Part shown: piece after piece, positions 17,735 through 27,867 of the stretch | Layout: each line of letters starts with the position of its first letter | Position numbering within the stretch: the stretch's first letter is position 1 | Source of the DNA: a virus | Taxonomy: Duplodnaviria; Caudoviricetes | IMG/VR virus record: IMGVR_UViG_3300022602_000110 | Span: 1-57,295 of that record | Direction: 5' to 3' (one strand) | DNA length: 57,295 nucleotides | Notes under the pieces: model-generated | What the model was told of the DNA's origin: nothing | The model's input: the letters and a program-made list of their open reading frames with translations, nothing else | Databases searched by the model: none | Program-made: the position numbers and the translations under genes

Positions 17735-20700
17735 ATGGGTGTTCAACAAGGTGTAACGCCATCATTGCAATCACAGACGCTGTCAGATGCACAATCGGTT
17801 TCTACGACTAGTGTTAGTCCGTCTGGCGCAAGCCCTAATGTGTTGTACAAATATAGATCCTTTACATATAATTTTACATTGGCCGCTCTAAAAGCAACTG
17901 CATTAAAATCTCCTGATGTATATAGAAACAGTAGCCTTGATTTTGTAGTATTAAAAAGCGGAGGAAAGACATCGGGTCTTAATGCATCTGCCGCAATTCC
18001 TATTCCATATGATAATGCAGGACAAACTTCAGACGAAGATAAAAATCCGATAGCTCCTCCTATTGATACCGCGGCTGTGGCAAGTAATTTTAATAAGTAT
18101 TCTCCGGGTCGATTTGATATGTTTATTGATAACGTAGAAATCGATACATTAATGGCTCCTACTCAAGAAAGTGGATCTGCAATAGCAACAAAAATAAAAT
18201 TTGATGTTATCGAACCATACAGTATGAATGGGTTTATTGAAGCATTACGTGTTTCTTCTCAAGCCGCAGGTCATCCTAATTATGTAGGTGCTCCATTTTT
18301 ATTAAAGGTTTCTTTTACTGGATATCCGGACGGACCTGGTACACCTGCTGTGGTTACTGAAATTGACCAGGCTACTAGATATTTTCCTATTAAGTTAACA
18401 GGTGTTCAAGTCTCAGTAACTGAAAGCGGTACAAAATATTCCGTTACAGCAGTTCCTTATGACCAACAAGGCTATTCAATGCCTAATACAATTATCGGGG
18501 ATATAAAAATTACAGGTACTACTGTCGGTGATATTTTAACTAACATGATATCATCATTGAATGAAAAAATTGAACAACGTACCAAAGATGAAAAGGATCC
18601 CGAGAAAGCAAAAATTAGAGACAAGTATGAAATATATTTCCCACAGTGGCCTGCAGATAAAGCTATAGACCCTGTATCAGTAAAATCTCTTCCTAATAAT
18701 AATTTGTTTAATGCAAAGATAAACGATCTATCAAGACAAAATAATATTTTTAAATTTCCTCCACCGGGCGAAGGTGGTACATATTCTAGTGCAGGCGCAG
18801 GGCGAGGCTCTGCCGCCGCGGCCGCCAGTGATCCTCGATTAACAGATTCTCAACAAAAAGAAGTTGCTCTTCAACAATCACAGAGCGCGGCCGCAACATC
18901 TAGTAGTCCAGATAAAGTTGCTATCATGTTTGCAGAAAATTCTCAGATACATGATATTATTGCATCTGTTATTCGTGATAGTGAATATCTAAGAACAATT
19001 TTAGCTGATGTACAAAAAGCTAAAGATGCACAAGGTATGATTGATTATTTTAAAATTCATATTAACGCAGTTCCTGAGGATATAATCGATTCTACTACTG
19101 GTTTAAGAATACACACTTGGCAATATCTTGTAATGCCGTGGAAAGTCCATTACACAAAATTACCAGGTCAAGAAACAAATCAACACGACCCTGCTGATTT
19201 ATTTCCATTAGTTAAACGTGCTTACAGTTATATATACTCTGGAAAAAACACAGATATACTAAGTTTTAAATTAGATTTTAATAATCTATATTTTCAAGAA
19301 GCAAACGCAGGGAACGGTAATAAAACAAATGACGGCACAAGTCAAACCGCTGGCGCTACAAATGATGTAAAAGATGTTAAACCAGCAGGTGCAGTAAATT
19401 CTGGTGTAGAAGCACCAGTTCCTAGTACTCCTATTGTAGCAACAGGTTATGCTAACGAATCAAAAATGAATAGCGGTCCGCAAAGAACAGATCCGTTTTG
19501 GTTACAACAAAAGGCCGCGCATGAAGCAATTTTAAATAGTGTTAGTCAGCTTAAAGCTGAGTTAGATATTTTAGGAGATCCTTACTTTGTCTGCGCCGGA
19601 GGCGCTGGTAATTATTTGCCTGCTATAAAAGATCCTGCGATTACAGATGATGGTCAAGCAAATATTAATCAATCAGAGTCGATGATTATTCTTAAGTTTG
19701 GAAATCCTTCTGATATAGATACGTCAACTGGCTTAATGAAGTTTGATACTGTGGCAGATTTCAGCGGAGTATATAGAGTATTAAAGGTAGTTAGCACATT
19801 TAGAGACGGTGTCTTCAAACAACATTTAAACACAATACGTATCCCTGGACAAGCACCGGGCGCTAAATCTGCGGCTTACGAAACGATTCAGACACCGAAG
19901 TTGGGTAGTCAATCAACTGACGATTCTGCAAATCCTAATACTGCAAATTCTGGAGCTCGCCCTAATGTTCCTAGTTTAACAAATATGGTCAATAGGGGAA
20001 CAGTTGGTCCAGGTCTTCCTGGTGTGCTTTCTAATTTTTCTAATGCAGTAGGAGCAGGTTCTGGATTATTAAATCAGGCATCTGGTGTGTTGCAACAAGG
20101 AATAGGAGCAATAACAAAATTGAATAATGCAACTAATTTTGGTCTTGTTAATCCTGCATTGTCGTCTGCGATTGGTACAGTTTCGTCTGTAGCACGTATG
20201 GCCACTAGCGGATTATCGACAGTCGCTGGCCTTGCAAAATTTGCCACAAGTAGTCTAACATCTCCTACAGCCGCGTTAACTGATCCAGCCGCGGCCGCGC
20301 AAGGTGCGTTAAACAACGTAACAGGTGCAATTAGCAATGTTCCGGGAGTGGCAAGTATAGTTAACGGCGGAGCATCCTCTATTGACATAGCAAATGTAAA
20401 ATCTCAAATCACATCGGCATTGTCTGGCAATGCATCGGAGATTTCTGCTAAGTTAGGAATTGATCCGTCTCAGCTGTCGGGATTAGGTGCTGGGCTTGAT
20501 AGTAATGTAGTAAATCAAATTGCGAATGTTGCTAAGTCAATGCCAGCCGGTGTTGATTTAACACAGGCAACCAATAACGGATTACTAGCATACAATTTAA
20601 CTGCGGCATCTATTAAGAATTTGCCAATCACTATACCTCCTACCACAGCACCTGGACCAGATGTATCATTAGCAGATGCATTAGGTCCCACTGCATACAT

Positions 20701-21493
20701 GCAAGCTCTGGCAAAACAAATTAATGTTGAGCAAGGCGGAAATATAACACCTAATGTGACATCTGCGGCCTCTGCATTACCTACATCATTATCAGCATCG
20801 TTATCGAATTTATCTAGTCTTGCTGGCAAAGCCGCAGGTAGTTTAAATTTATCTCCAAACGGTTTATTGAGTGGTGCGTTGACAGCTCCGATGGGATTAA
20901 GTTCAATTGCATCAGATGTTAAAGCAGTTGGAGTACAGTTTGGTTCGGTCTCAAATGCGGCAACAAATGCGGCAGGCGCATTAGCAGGACAAGTAGGACA
21001 ATTAACAGGATCAGCAAGTGCGGCCGCAAGTGCATTAACTGGTAATTTAGGAGGAGTAAGTCCTACTTCATTAAGCGGTCCTATGTCTGCGATTGCATCG
21101 GCGGCTGGCCAGGCAGGCACCTCTATTGCTGATCTAAATCTCAATTCAGGAGATTTAACAAGCCAACTTTCGGATTTACAAAATCTATCTGCATCAGATT
21201 TGCAAGATCAACTTAACAGTTATGCAAGTATATCAGGAATTGATACGACTAATTTCTTTAATTCTGACGGGACTATTAATGTTGCAAGCGTTGACTCTTC
21301 TGCGTTATCATTAAACCCTCCCTTGATAGTTTCGGCCGCAAATTTAAATTCCGCAGTCAGTCCTCTGACTTCGTTAATGAATAATCCTTTAAATAGTCTG
21401 CCTAGTCCAGGCTCTGCATTAAGTGGAGCATTATCTAGTGCAAAAACAGTGGCCGCCGGAGCCTTAAATTCCGTACAACAATTGATAACATAA
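17735..21493 (+). CDS. Baseplate hub protein (gp27-like) with a ~500 aa A/S/G/L-rich C-terminal tail
   Basis: Hub-type motifs ELDILGDP and FSGVYRVLKVVSTFRDGVFKQ; lies between the gp53- and gp5-like genes. Confidence 0.6.
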   Translation: MGVQQGVTPSLQSQTLSDAQSVSTTSVSPSGASPNVLYKYRSFTYNFTLAALKATALKSPDVYRNSSLDFVVLKSGGKTSGLNASAAIPIPYDNAGQTSDEDKNPIAPPIDTAAVASNFNKYSPGRFDMFIDNVEIDTLMAPTQESGSAIATKIKFDVIEPYSMNGFIEALRVSSQAAGHPNYVGAPFLLKVSFTGYPDGPGTPAVVTEIDQATRYFPIKLTGVQVSVTESGTKYSVTAVPYDQQGYSMPNTIIGDIKITGTTVGDILTNMISSLNEKIEQRTKDEKDPEKAKIRDKYEIYFPQWPADKAIDPVSVKSLPNNNLFNAKINDLSRQNNIFKFPPPGEGGTYSSAGAGRGSAAAAASDPRLTDSQQKEVALQQSQSAAATSSSPDKVAIMFAENSQIHDIIASVIRDSEYLRTILADVQKAKDAQGMIDYFKIHINAVPEDIIDSTTGLRIHTWQYLVMPWKVHYTKLPGQETNQHDPADLFPLVKRAYSYIYSGKNTDILSFKLDFNNLYFQEANAGNGNKTNDGTSQTAGATNDVKDVKPAGAVNSGVEAPVPSTPIVATGYANESKMNSGPQRTDPFWLQQKAAHEAILNSVSQLKAELDILGDPYFVCAGGAGNYLPAIKDPAITDDGQANINQSESMIILKFGNPSDIDTSTGLMKFDTVADFSGVYRVLKVVSTFRDGVFKQHLNTIRIPGQAPGAKSAAYETIQTPKLGSQSTDDSANPNTANSGARPNVPSLTNMVNRGTVGPGLPGVLSNFSNAVGAGSGLLNQASGVLQQGIGAITKLNNATNFGLVNPALSSAIGTVSSVARMATSGLSTVAGLAKFATSSLTSPTAALTDPAAAAQGALNNVTGAISNVPGVASIVNGGASSIDIANVKSQITSALSGNASEISAKLGIDPSQLSGLGAGLDSNVVNQIANVAKSMPAGVDLTQATNNGLLAYNLTAASIKNLPITIPPTTAPGPDVSLADALGPTAYMQALAKQINVEQGGNITPNVTSAASALPTSLSASLSNLSSLAGKAAGSLNLSPNGLLSGALTAPMGLSSIASDVKAVGVQFGSVSNAATNAAGALAGQVGQLTGSASAAASALTGNLGGVSPTSLSGPMSAIASAAGQAGTSIADLNLNSGDLTSQLSDLQNLSASDLQDQLNSYASISGIDTTNFFNSDGTINVASVDSSALSLNPPLIVSAANLNSAVSPLTSLMNNPLNSLPSPGSALSGALSSAKTVAAGALNSVQQLIT

Positions 21494-21494
21494 T

Positions 21495-23909
21495 ATGGGC
21501 GAATTTAAAAGAATAAGATCACCTTTGCCAAATGCAGGGCCGTGGATGGGTATTATTACCAACCACTTGGATCCTACCTACATGGGTGCAGTAGAAGTTT
21601 CTTTATTGAAGTCTACTACAAATTCGCAAGATATTAGCGGCGAAACTTATGTTGTTCAATATCTAAGTCCATTCTACGGAGTTAGCAATATTGATTGGGA
21701 AGGTAATGATTCATCTCGTCCGGGAGATGCACAAAAGGCATACGGCTGGTGGGCAGTACCTCCCGATATTGGTACAACTGTATTATGTATATTTGTCAAT
21801 GGGGATCCTAATCAGGGATTTTGGATAGGATGTATCCCTGATAGATATCAGAACTATGAAATTCCAGGCATTGCGGCTAGTCAAAATACTGAACTATCTC
21901 AAGATCAGCAAACAAAGTACGGTACAAAAAATCTTCCTGTAACTGAATTTAATAAGAAAACCCGTAAACTAGGCGATCAAACAACTCCTGCAGATATTAA
22001 CAAGTTTACGAAACCTGTGCATCCTTTTGCAGATAGATTATTAGCACAGGGATTATTACTTGATAATGTAAGAGGTGTGACCTCTAGCAGTGCTAGACGA
22101 GAAGTGCCTAGTATGGTATTTGGTATCAGTACTCCTGGACCTATTGATAAAGATTCGTCGGCAACAAATACAAACTATAAAGAAGGTACTATTGGTTATC
22201 CTGCTAATGTAAAAGTGCCTGTTAGTCGATTAGGTGGCACACAATTTGTTATGGATGATGGTGACAAAGATGGTCAGAACGAATTGGTTAGAATTCGTAC
22301 TAGAACCGGACATCAAATCCTAATGCATAACAGCCAGGATTTAATTTATATAGGCAATAGTAAAGGCACTGCATGGGTAGAACTTACTTCTAATGGCAAG
22401 ATAGATATCTATGCAAAAGATTCTATAAGTATCCATTCGGAAAACGATTTAAACATCCGTGCTGATCGTGATATTAATATTGAATCAGGCAGAAATTTTA
22501 ACATCAAATCTAATAAGGCAATGGATGTTAACGTATTTGATCATTTCTATATGATTGTTTACAATAATGTTAAGATCGATTTTGCACAAGATTTAGATTG
22601 GACGGTTAACAATAATTACAAACTAACTGTCGGTGCTGACATGCACATTGCAGTTGCAGACGTGATGTATCAAACATCTGCATCAGACATGCACATTTCG
22701 TCAGGCGGCAGTCTTTATGAATCTGCATCTCAAAATATACAAATAGATGCCAACGGTGCAATTTATGCATCAGCCGCAAAAACAATGAACCTATTGTCTG
22801 AGGGCGATATGTTGCAAAGTACAGGCGGAAACTTTAATGTTGGTGCGGCCGGTTTATACCTAGCATCTGCTAGTGCAATTCATCAAAACGGTCCAGCCGC
22901 GGCCGCCGCAGGTGCCGCTACTCCTGCTACTGCGGCCCAGACAGCAGATACTCCTAGTCCTATACCTACTTACAACGTTCCTACAAGAAATGCTGATTCG
23001 GGTTGGGGTAATGGAAACTTCTATAAAGGAAGTCCACTGACTACTATTATGCAACGTGTTCCTATGCATGAGCCATGGGACCAGCATGAAAATATTAATT
23101 TTAGTGCGTTTACACCTGCTAATACTGATACAGCGGCCGCATCGAGACCAGACGTTGTTTCATCCGGAAACACTGCACCGCCTGCAAACTTATCTAGTTT
23201 TATTCCCGGAACAGTTTCGCCAGCCGCGGCCAAAGCAATTACTAATCCTAAAGCTCAAGCAGGCATTGCGGCACTTAAAGCGGCCTGTGCCAAAGCAGGA
23301 TACACAAGCCCGTATGCAGTTGCTTCTATTCTTGGTATTGCCGGTGGCGAATCAGGATGGATTCCTCAGAACGAAGCATTTTATTATTCTCCTGAACGTT
23401 TGAAACAACTTTTCCGTAGTGCATCTGCCGATGTCATTAACAAGTATGCTCGTTGGACAGGTTCAAGGGAAGACTTCTTCTCGTTCTTCTACGGTCCATC
23501 ATTCCGAGGTGCAAACTTCTTAGGTAATCAGACTGACTCTGATGGAGGCAAGTATTATGGTAGAGGATATATTCAATTAACAGGCAAAGGAAATTATCAA
23601 CAGTATGCTACTTTAACTGGGCTAGATCTAGTTAATAATCCTGATCTAGTCAATGATATTACTCTAGGTGCACAGGTATGTGTAGCATATTTTAAGAAAC
23701 GTTGTCATTTAGATCAAAACGATCCTCAATATATTAATGCCGCTATTGCATCAGTTGGAGTAAATTCTCCGGACATCTACGCTAAAAAGATGGATTATTA
23801 TCATGCATTCTTATCACAACTTCAAGGGTATACTGTGAGTACAGGGGCAGGAGTTCCGTTGACAGATAGTCAAGGTAACGTAGTTCAGTCTGGTTCAGGA
23901 AGCCAATAA
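21495..23909 (+). CDS. gp5: Baseplate central spike, gp5-like: OB fold, beta-helix and a C-terminal GH19 lysozyme-like domain
   Basis: DPTYMGAVEV and PPDIGTTVLCIF...GFWIG (OB fold); RTRTGHQI and periodic repeats (beta-helix); GGESG and YYGRGYIQLTGKGNY (GH19). Confidence 0.85.
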   Translation: MGEFKRIRSPLPNAGPWMGIITNHLDPTYMGAVEVSLLKSTTNSQDISGETYVVQYLSPFYGVSNIDWEGNDSSRPGDAQKAYGWWAVPPDIGTTVLCIFVNGDPNQGFWIGCIPDRYQNYEIPGIAASQNTELSQDQQTKYGTKNLPVTEFNKKTRKLGDQTTPADINKFTKPVHPFADRLLAQGLLLDNVRGVTSSSARREVPSMVFGISTPGPIDKDSSATNTNYKEGTIGYPANVKVPVSRLGGTQFVMDDGDKDGQNELVRIRTRTGHQILMHNSQDLIYIGNSKGTAWVELTSNGKIDIYAKDSISIHSENDLNIRADRDINIESGRNFNIKSNKAMDVNVFDHFYMIVYNNVKIDFAQDLDWTVNNNYKLTVGADMHIAVADVMYQTSASDMHISSGGSLYESASQNIQIDANGAIYASAAKTMNLLSEGDMLQSTGGNFNVGAAGLYLASASAIHQNGPAAAAAGAATPATAAQTADTPSPIPTYNVPTRNADSGWGNGNFYKGSPLTTIMQRVPMHEPWDQHENINFSAFTPANTDTAAASRPDVVSSGNTAPPANLSSFIPGTVSPAAAKAITNPKAQAGIAALKAACAKAGYTSPYAVASILGIAGGESGWIPQNEAFYYSPERLKQLFRSASADVINKYARWTGSREDFFSFFYGPSFRGANFLGNQTDSDGGKYYGRGYIQLTGKGNYQQYATLTGLDLVNNPDLVNDITLGAQVCVAYFKKRCHLDQNDPQYINAAIASVGVNSPDIYAKKMDYYHAFLSQLQGYTVSTGAGVPLTDSQGNVVQSGSGSQ

Positions 23910-23919
23910 ATAACATATC

Positions 23920-24357
23920 ATGGCATACAAAAGTATAGTTCTTACACCCGCAAAATACAATAGTCAGCATACTAACAAGACTAGCCAATTCTACGTCGGG
24001 TTTAGTTCGCAAGACAATACAACACGAAGTGTTAAACTTTATGATTTTGATCTTGTTAAACAAGATTTATTAAATCAGTTTAACACTCGCAAAGGCGAAC
24101 GAGTAATGAAACCCGAGTTTGGAACAATTATTTGGGATTTAATATTTGAGCCATTGACACCGGTTGTTAAGCAACAAATTACAGACGATCTTAACAGAAT
24201 TTTAAATTCTGATCCTCGAGTAACACCTACTCAAATTAATATCACCGAAGCAGATCAGGGGTTTATTATTGAAGTAACTATGCTGTTAAACGGCACTAAT
24301 CAAAGTCAAAACCTAATGCTAAACTTCGATTCTGAAGTAGGTATTGCATCTGCTTAA
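23920..24357 (+). CDS. gp25: Baseplate wedge subunit gp25
   Basis: Motif TRKGERVMKPEFGTIIWDLIFEP...DPRV. Confidence 0.92.
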   Translation: MAYKSIVLTPAKYNSQHTNKTSQFYVGFSSQDNTTRSVKLYDFDLVKQDLLNQFNTRKGERVMKPEFGTIIWDLIFEPLTPVVKQQITDDLNRILNSDPRVTPTQINITEADQGFIIEVTMLLNGTNQSQNLMLNFDSEVGIASA

Positions 24358-24382
24358 TATTATATACCAGGTTTATTTTCGC

Positions 24383-24390
24383 CATAAATA
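24383..24390 (+). promoter_or_regulatory. Late promoter CATAAATA upstream of gp6
   Basis: TAAATA core in the intergenic gap. Confidence 0.6.
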
Positions 24391-24417
24391 CGTTACTACT
24401 TAGGTAAGATAGCGTAT

Positions 24418-27400
24418 ATGATACCAGCAACTAACTCGAAACTACTTGTCGCAGAAGATTGGACAAAGATATATCAAACGTTCGCAAATGCGGACTTCAC
24501 CAGCTACGATTTTGAAACAATTCGTAGAACAATGATTAATTACCTTAATCAGAAATATCCTGAAGACTTCAACGATTACATTGATTCTAGCGAGTACATT
24601 GCTTTAATTGAGCTAGTAGCCTTTGTAGCACAAAATTTAAGTTTTCGCATTGATTTAAACGCTCGCGAAAACTTTTTAGAAACTGCACAAAAACAAGACA
24701 GCGTTATTCAACTAGCACAGTTGATTAACTATAGTGCTACTAGAAATACTCCTGCAACTGGATTAATTAAAATAACAGGTGTTAAGACCACTGATAACGT
24801 AGTTGATGCTAGCGGTATCAACTTAGCAAACCAACAAGTTAACTGGAACGACCCTACTAATAGCAATTGGTATCAACAGTTTGTTAGTATTTTAAATTCA
24901 GCAATGCCAGGGCATTATGCGTTCGGTACTCCTAATGATAGAAGTACAATTAATGGCGTTCCTACTGAACAATATAGTGTTAATTCATCTAATTTAGATG
25001 TTCCGGTTTATTCTTTTACTAGAGCCATTAACGGTAATTCAATGGCCTTTGAAATTGTTCCTTCTACATTTTCTGGACAAAGTTACGTCTACGAATCCAC
25101 TCCATTACCTGGAAGCAATTTTACCTACATTTATCAAAATGATGGACAAGGAGCGGGCTCTAATAATTCTGGCTTCTTTGTAACATTTAAACAAGGTGCG
25201 TTAAGTGTATCTAGTTTTTCAGTGACTAATCCTGTTACAAATGAAATCGTTGGAGTAGATGCTCCCGACATTAATGATTCAGATGTATGGTTATGGCAAC
25301 TAGATGCAAATAACAGATATGCTAATTTGTGGACTAAAGTTGATTCTGTTACAGGAAACAACGTCATTTATAATAGTATCTCAAATAAACAACGCAACAT
25401 CTATTCAGTAACATCTAGAGTAAATGATCAAATTGATTTAAACTTTGCTGACGGTGCCTTTGGTAACTTACCTCAAGGTAATTTTAATTTGTTCTACAGA
25501 CAAAGTAACGGATTGACATATTCAATTACTCCTGATCAAATGAGAGGTTTGTTAGTACAGATTCCTTATTATAATAAGAATGGACAAAGTCAAACATTGT
25601 CTATTACTTTATCACTTCAATATACTGTTACAAATAGTTCGGGCGCAGAAACAATTAGCGATATCAAAACCAAAGCCCCTCAAGTATATTATACACAAAA
25701 CAGAATGATCACCGGAGAAGATTATAATATTGCTCCGTTAAACGCTGGCACAGACATCCTTAAAGTTAAAAGTATTAATCGTGTAAGTAGTGGTATTAGT
25801 AAATTCTACGATTTAGCTGATGTTAGTGGAAAATATTCTAGTACAAATATTTTTGCTTCAGATGGAGCATTATATAAAGAATATTCACAACAGAATTTTC
25901 AATTTTCATTTACTGGAAACAATGACATTTACTCCGTTGTTACAAACCGAGTAACTCCTATTATTGACTCAAATGAAGTTACTGCATTTTACTATGATAA
26001 TTGGCCACGACCAGATTTAAGTGATCCGGGTGTCGTTTGGATTCAGGTAACAGCAGGTTCTGGTCAGTCTACTGGTTATTTTGTAAACAAAACTCTTTAT
26101 CAAAATAGACCATCGCAGTCTGTTCCGCAAGAAGTTGGATATTTTTCGTCTAATAATTTACAGTATGCATACACCGGTGCGTTAGTAAAAGTGCTACCAG
26201 GAACTGATCCAGCGACTGGCGCACAGCGATATTTCTTGCCTAATGGAAACTTTACAACTACTCAAGATGACACCACCGTAGACTATCGTTGGATACAAAT
26301 TACAAACGTAATTGGCGATGGTGCAAATGCAGGACAGGGCGCATTATCAAATGGCACCGGTCCTATTATTGTTACAGGAAATGTTCCTACAGGATGTTTG
26401 TTTACACAAGTTATCCCTCAGTTTGAAAGTATACTACCTACAAGTGTACAAACTGAAATTGTTAATTTGTGTTCAGCGTATAGAAATTTTGGTTTAAGTT
26501 TTTCTGCAACTAGCAGATCTTGGTATATCATTACAGATACTAATTTAGATTTAATTAGTGATTTTAGTTTGTTATTTCAACAAGATGCAACTAATACTAA
26601 TAAGGATGCAAGTTGGATTGTCAGTTTCCAGTGGACTGGTGTCGAATATAAAGTATTCTACAGAAGTACAAAATATTTGTTTGAAAGTCTTGCTGAAACA
26701 TCTTTCTTCTTTGATCCAACAAATGTAAACTTTGATTATACAACAAATACCATTGTTAAAGATAGCGTTACTGTATTAGGAATTAATAATATTCCTAATT
26801 CTTCTTATCCACTTGGTCAAGATTTTGATTGGCAAATTGATAATACAGTAGTTGAGTCTGACGGATATATTGAACCTAAAAAAGTTCAAGTTTCTTTCTT
26901 CTCAGATTTATTAACTGGTCAAATACACGATCCTGATGCATTTACGATTATTGCCAACCCTACATATACATCACCTCAAACTGGATATCTAAGTAATTTT
27001 GTGTATTTCCAAACAAGCTCAGATGGATCTACTTATTCTATTGTAGATACTTCGACTACTCCTATTACTGCATATCCCAATGAGACATTTATAACAACTC
27101 CTAACACTGCAACTTTATATTATTTTTATGATACTGATGCAAATGTTATTACACAATATAACCCTGTAACAGCAACTTACGATATACAACCTAGTTATTT
27201 TGCCCAGCCAGGCCGTACAGGATTAAAGTTCCAATATCAACACAATAGCGGTGATGATCGCAGATTAGATCCAAGTAAAATGAATATTATGGAAGTTTAT
27301 ATTTTAAATGCTTCATACGATACAGCATATAGATCTTGGTTATCAAACGGTGCGACTAGTGCAGAGCCTATGCCGCCTACAAGTTCAGATCTTGAAAATA

Positions 27401-27855
27401 ACTATGCCGCTGTGCTAGAACCTATCAAAGCAATCAGTGATGAAATTATATATCAACCAGTAACATACATACCGCTATTTGGTTCTGCCGCAACACCTAA
27501 TTTACAAGCAACATTTAAGGCAGTTATAAATCCGGCGGTATCAATTAGCGAAAATGAAATTAAAAATTCTATCATGAGTGCAATCAACGATTTCTTTGCT
27601 CTTGAAAACTGGGACTTTGGTCAAAGTTTTTACTTCAGTGAATTATCAACCTATGTTATGAATTTGTTAACACCTAACATTACAAATTTTGTAATTGTTC
27701 CTACAGCAAATGTTTCATTTGGTAGTTTATATGAAATTGCTTGCCAGTCGGATCAGATTTTTATTAATGCGGCAACAGTAGATAATATTCAAATAGTAAA
27801 TTCTATTACTTCTACTGTGCTAAACACAACTTCAACTCTAGTAACCAGTGCGTAA
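24418..27855 (+). CDS. gp6: Baseplate wedge subunit gp6-like (enlarged, 1145 aa)
   Basis: Motifs DFTSYDFETIR, ARENFLETA, LNFADGAFGNLP and QNRMITGEDY. Confidence 0.88.
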   Translation: MIPATNSKLLVAEDWTKIYQTFANADFTSYDFETIRRTMINYLNQKYPEDFNDYIDSSEYIALIELVAFVAQNLSFRIDLNARENFLETAQKQDSVIQLAQLINYSATRNTPATGLIKITGVKTTDNVVDASGINLANQQVNWNDPTNSNWYQQFVSILNSAMPGHYAFGTPNDRSTINGVPTEQYSVNSSNLDVPVYSFTRAINGNSMAFEIVPSTFSGQSYVYESTPLPGSNFTYIYQNDGQGAGSNNSGFFVTFKQGALSVSSFSVTNPVTNEIVGVDAPDINDSDVWLWQLDANNRYANLWTKVDSVTGNNVIYNSISNKQRNIYSVTSRVNDQIDLNFADGAFGNLPQGNFNLFYRQSNGLTYSITPDQMRGLLVQIPYYNKNGQSQTLSITLSLQYTVTNSSGAETISDIKTKAPQVYYTQNRMITGEDYNIAPLNAGTDILKVKSINRVSSGISKFYDLADVSGKYSSTNIFASDGALYKEYSQQNFQFSFTGNNDIYSVVTNRVTPIIDSNEVTAFYYDNWPRPDLSDPGVVWIQVTAGSGQSTGYFVNKTLYQNRPSQSVPQEVGYFSSNNLQYAYTGALVKVLPGTDPATGAQRYFLPNGNFTTTQDDTTVDYRWIQITNVIGDGANAGQGALSNGTGPIIVTGNVPTGCLFTQVIPQFESILPTSVQTEIVNLCSAYRNFGLSFSATSRSWYIITDTNLDLISDFSLLFQQDATNTNKDASWIVSFQWTGVEYKVFYRSTKYLFESLAETSFFFDPTNVNFDYTTNTIVKDSVTVLGINNIPNSSYPLGQDFDWQIDNTVVESDGYIEPKKVQVSFFSDLLTGQIHDPDAFTIIANPTYTSPQTGYLSNFVYFQTSSDGSTYSIVDTSTTPITAYPNETFITTPNTATLYYFYDTDANVITQYNPVTATYDIQPSYFAQPGRTGLKFQYQHNSGDDRRLDPSKMNIMEVYILNASYDTAYRSWLSNGATSAEPMPPTSSDLENNYAAVLEPIKAISDEIIYQPVTYIPLFGSAATPNLQATFKAVINPAVSISENEIKNSIMSAINDFFALENWDFGQSFYFSELSTYVMNLLTPNITNFVIVPTANVSFGSLYEIACQSDQIFINAATVDNIQIVNSITSTVLNTTSTLVTSA

Positions 27856-27867
27856 GGATAGTAACGG

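Noticed and set aside
20074-21144. Antisense ORFs of 104 and 209 aa
   Set aside because: Shadow ORFs of the low-complexity region of the hub gene, with no recognisable motifs.
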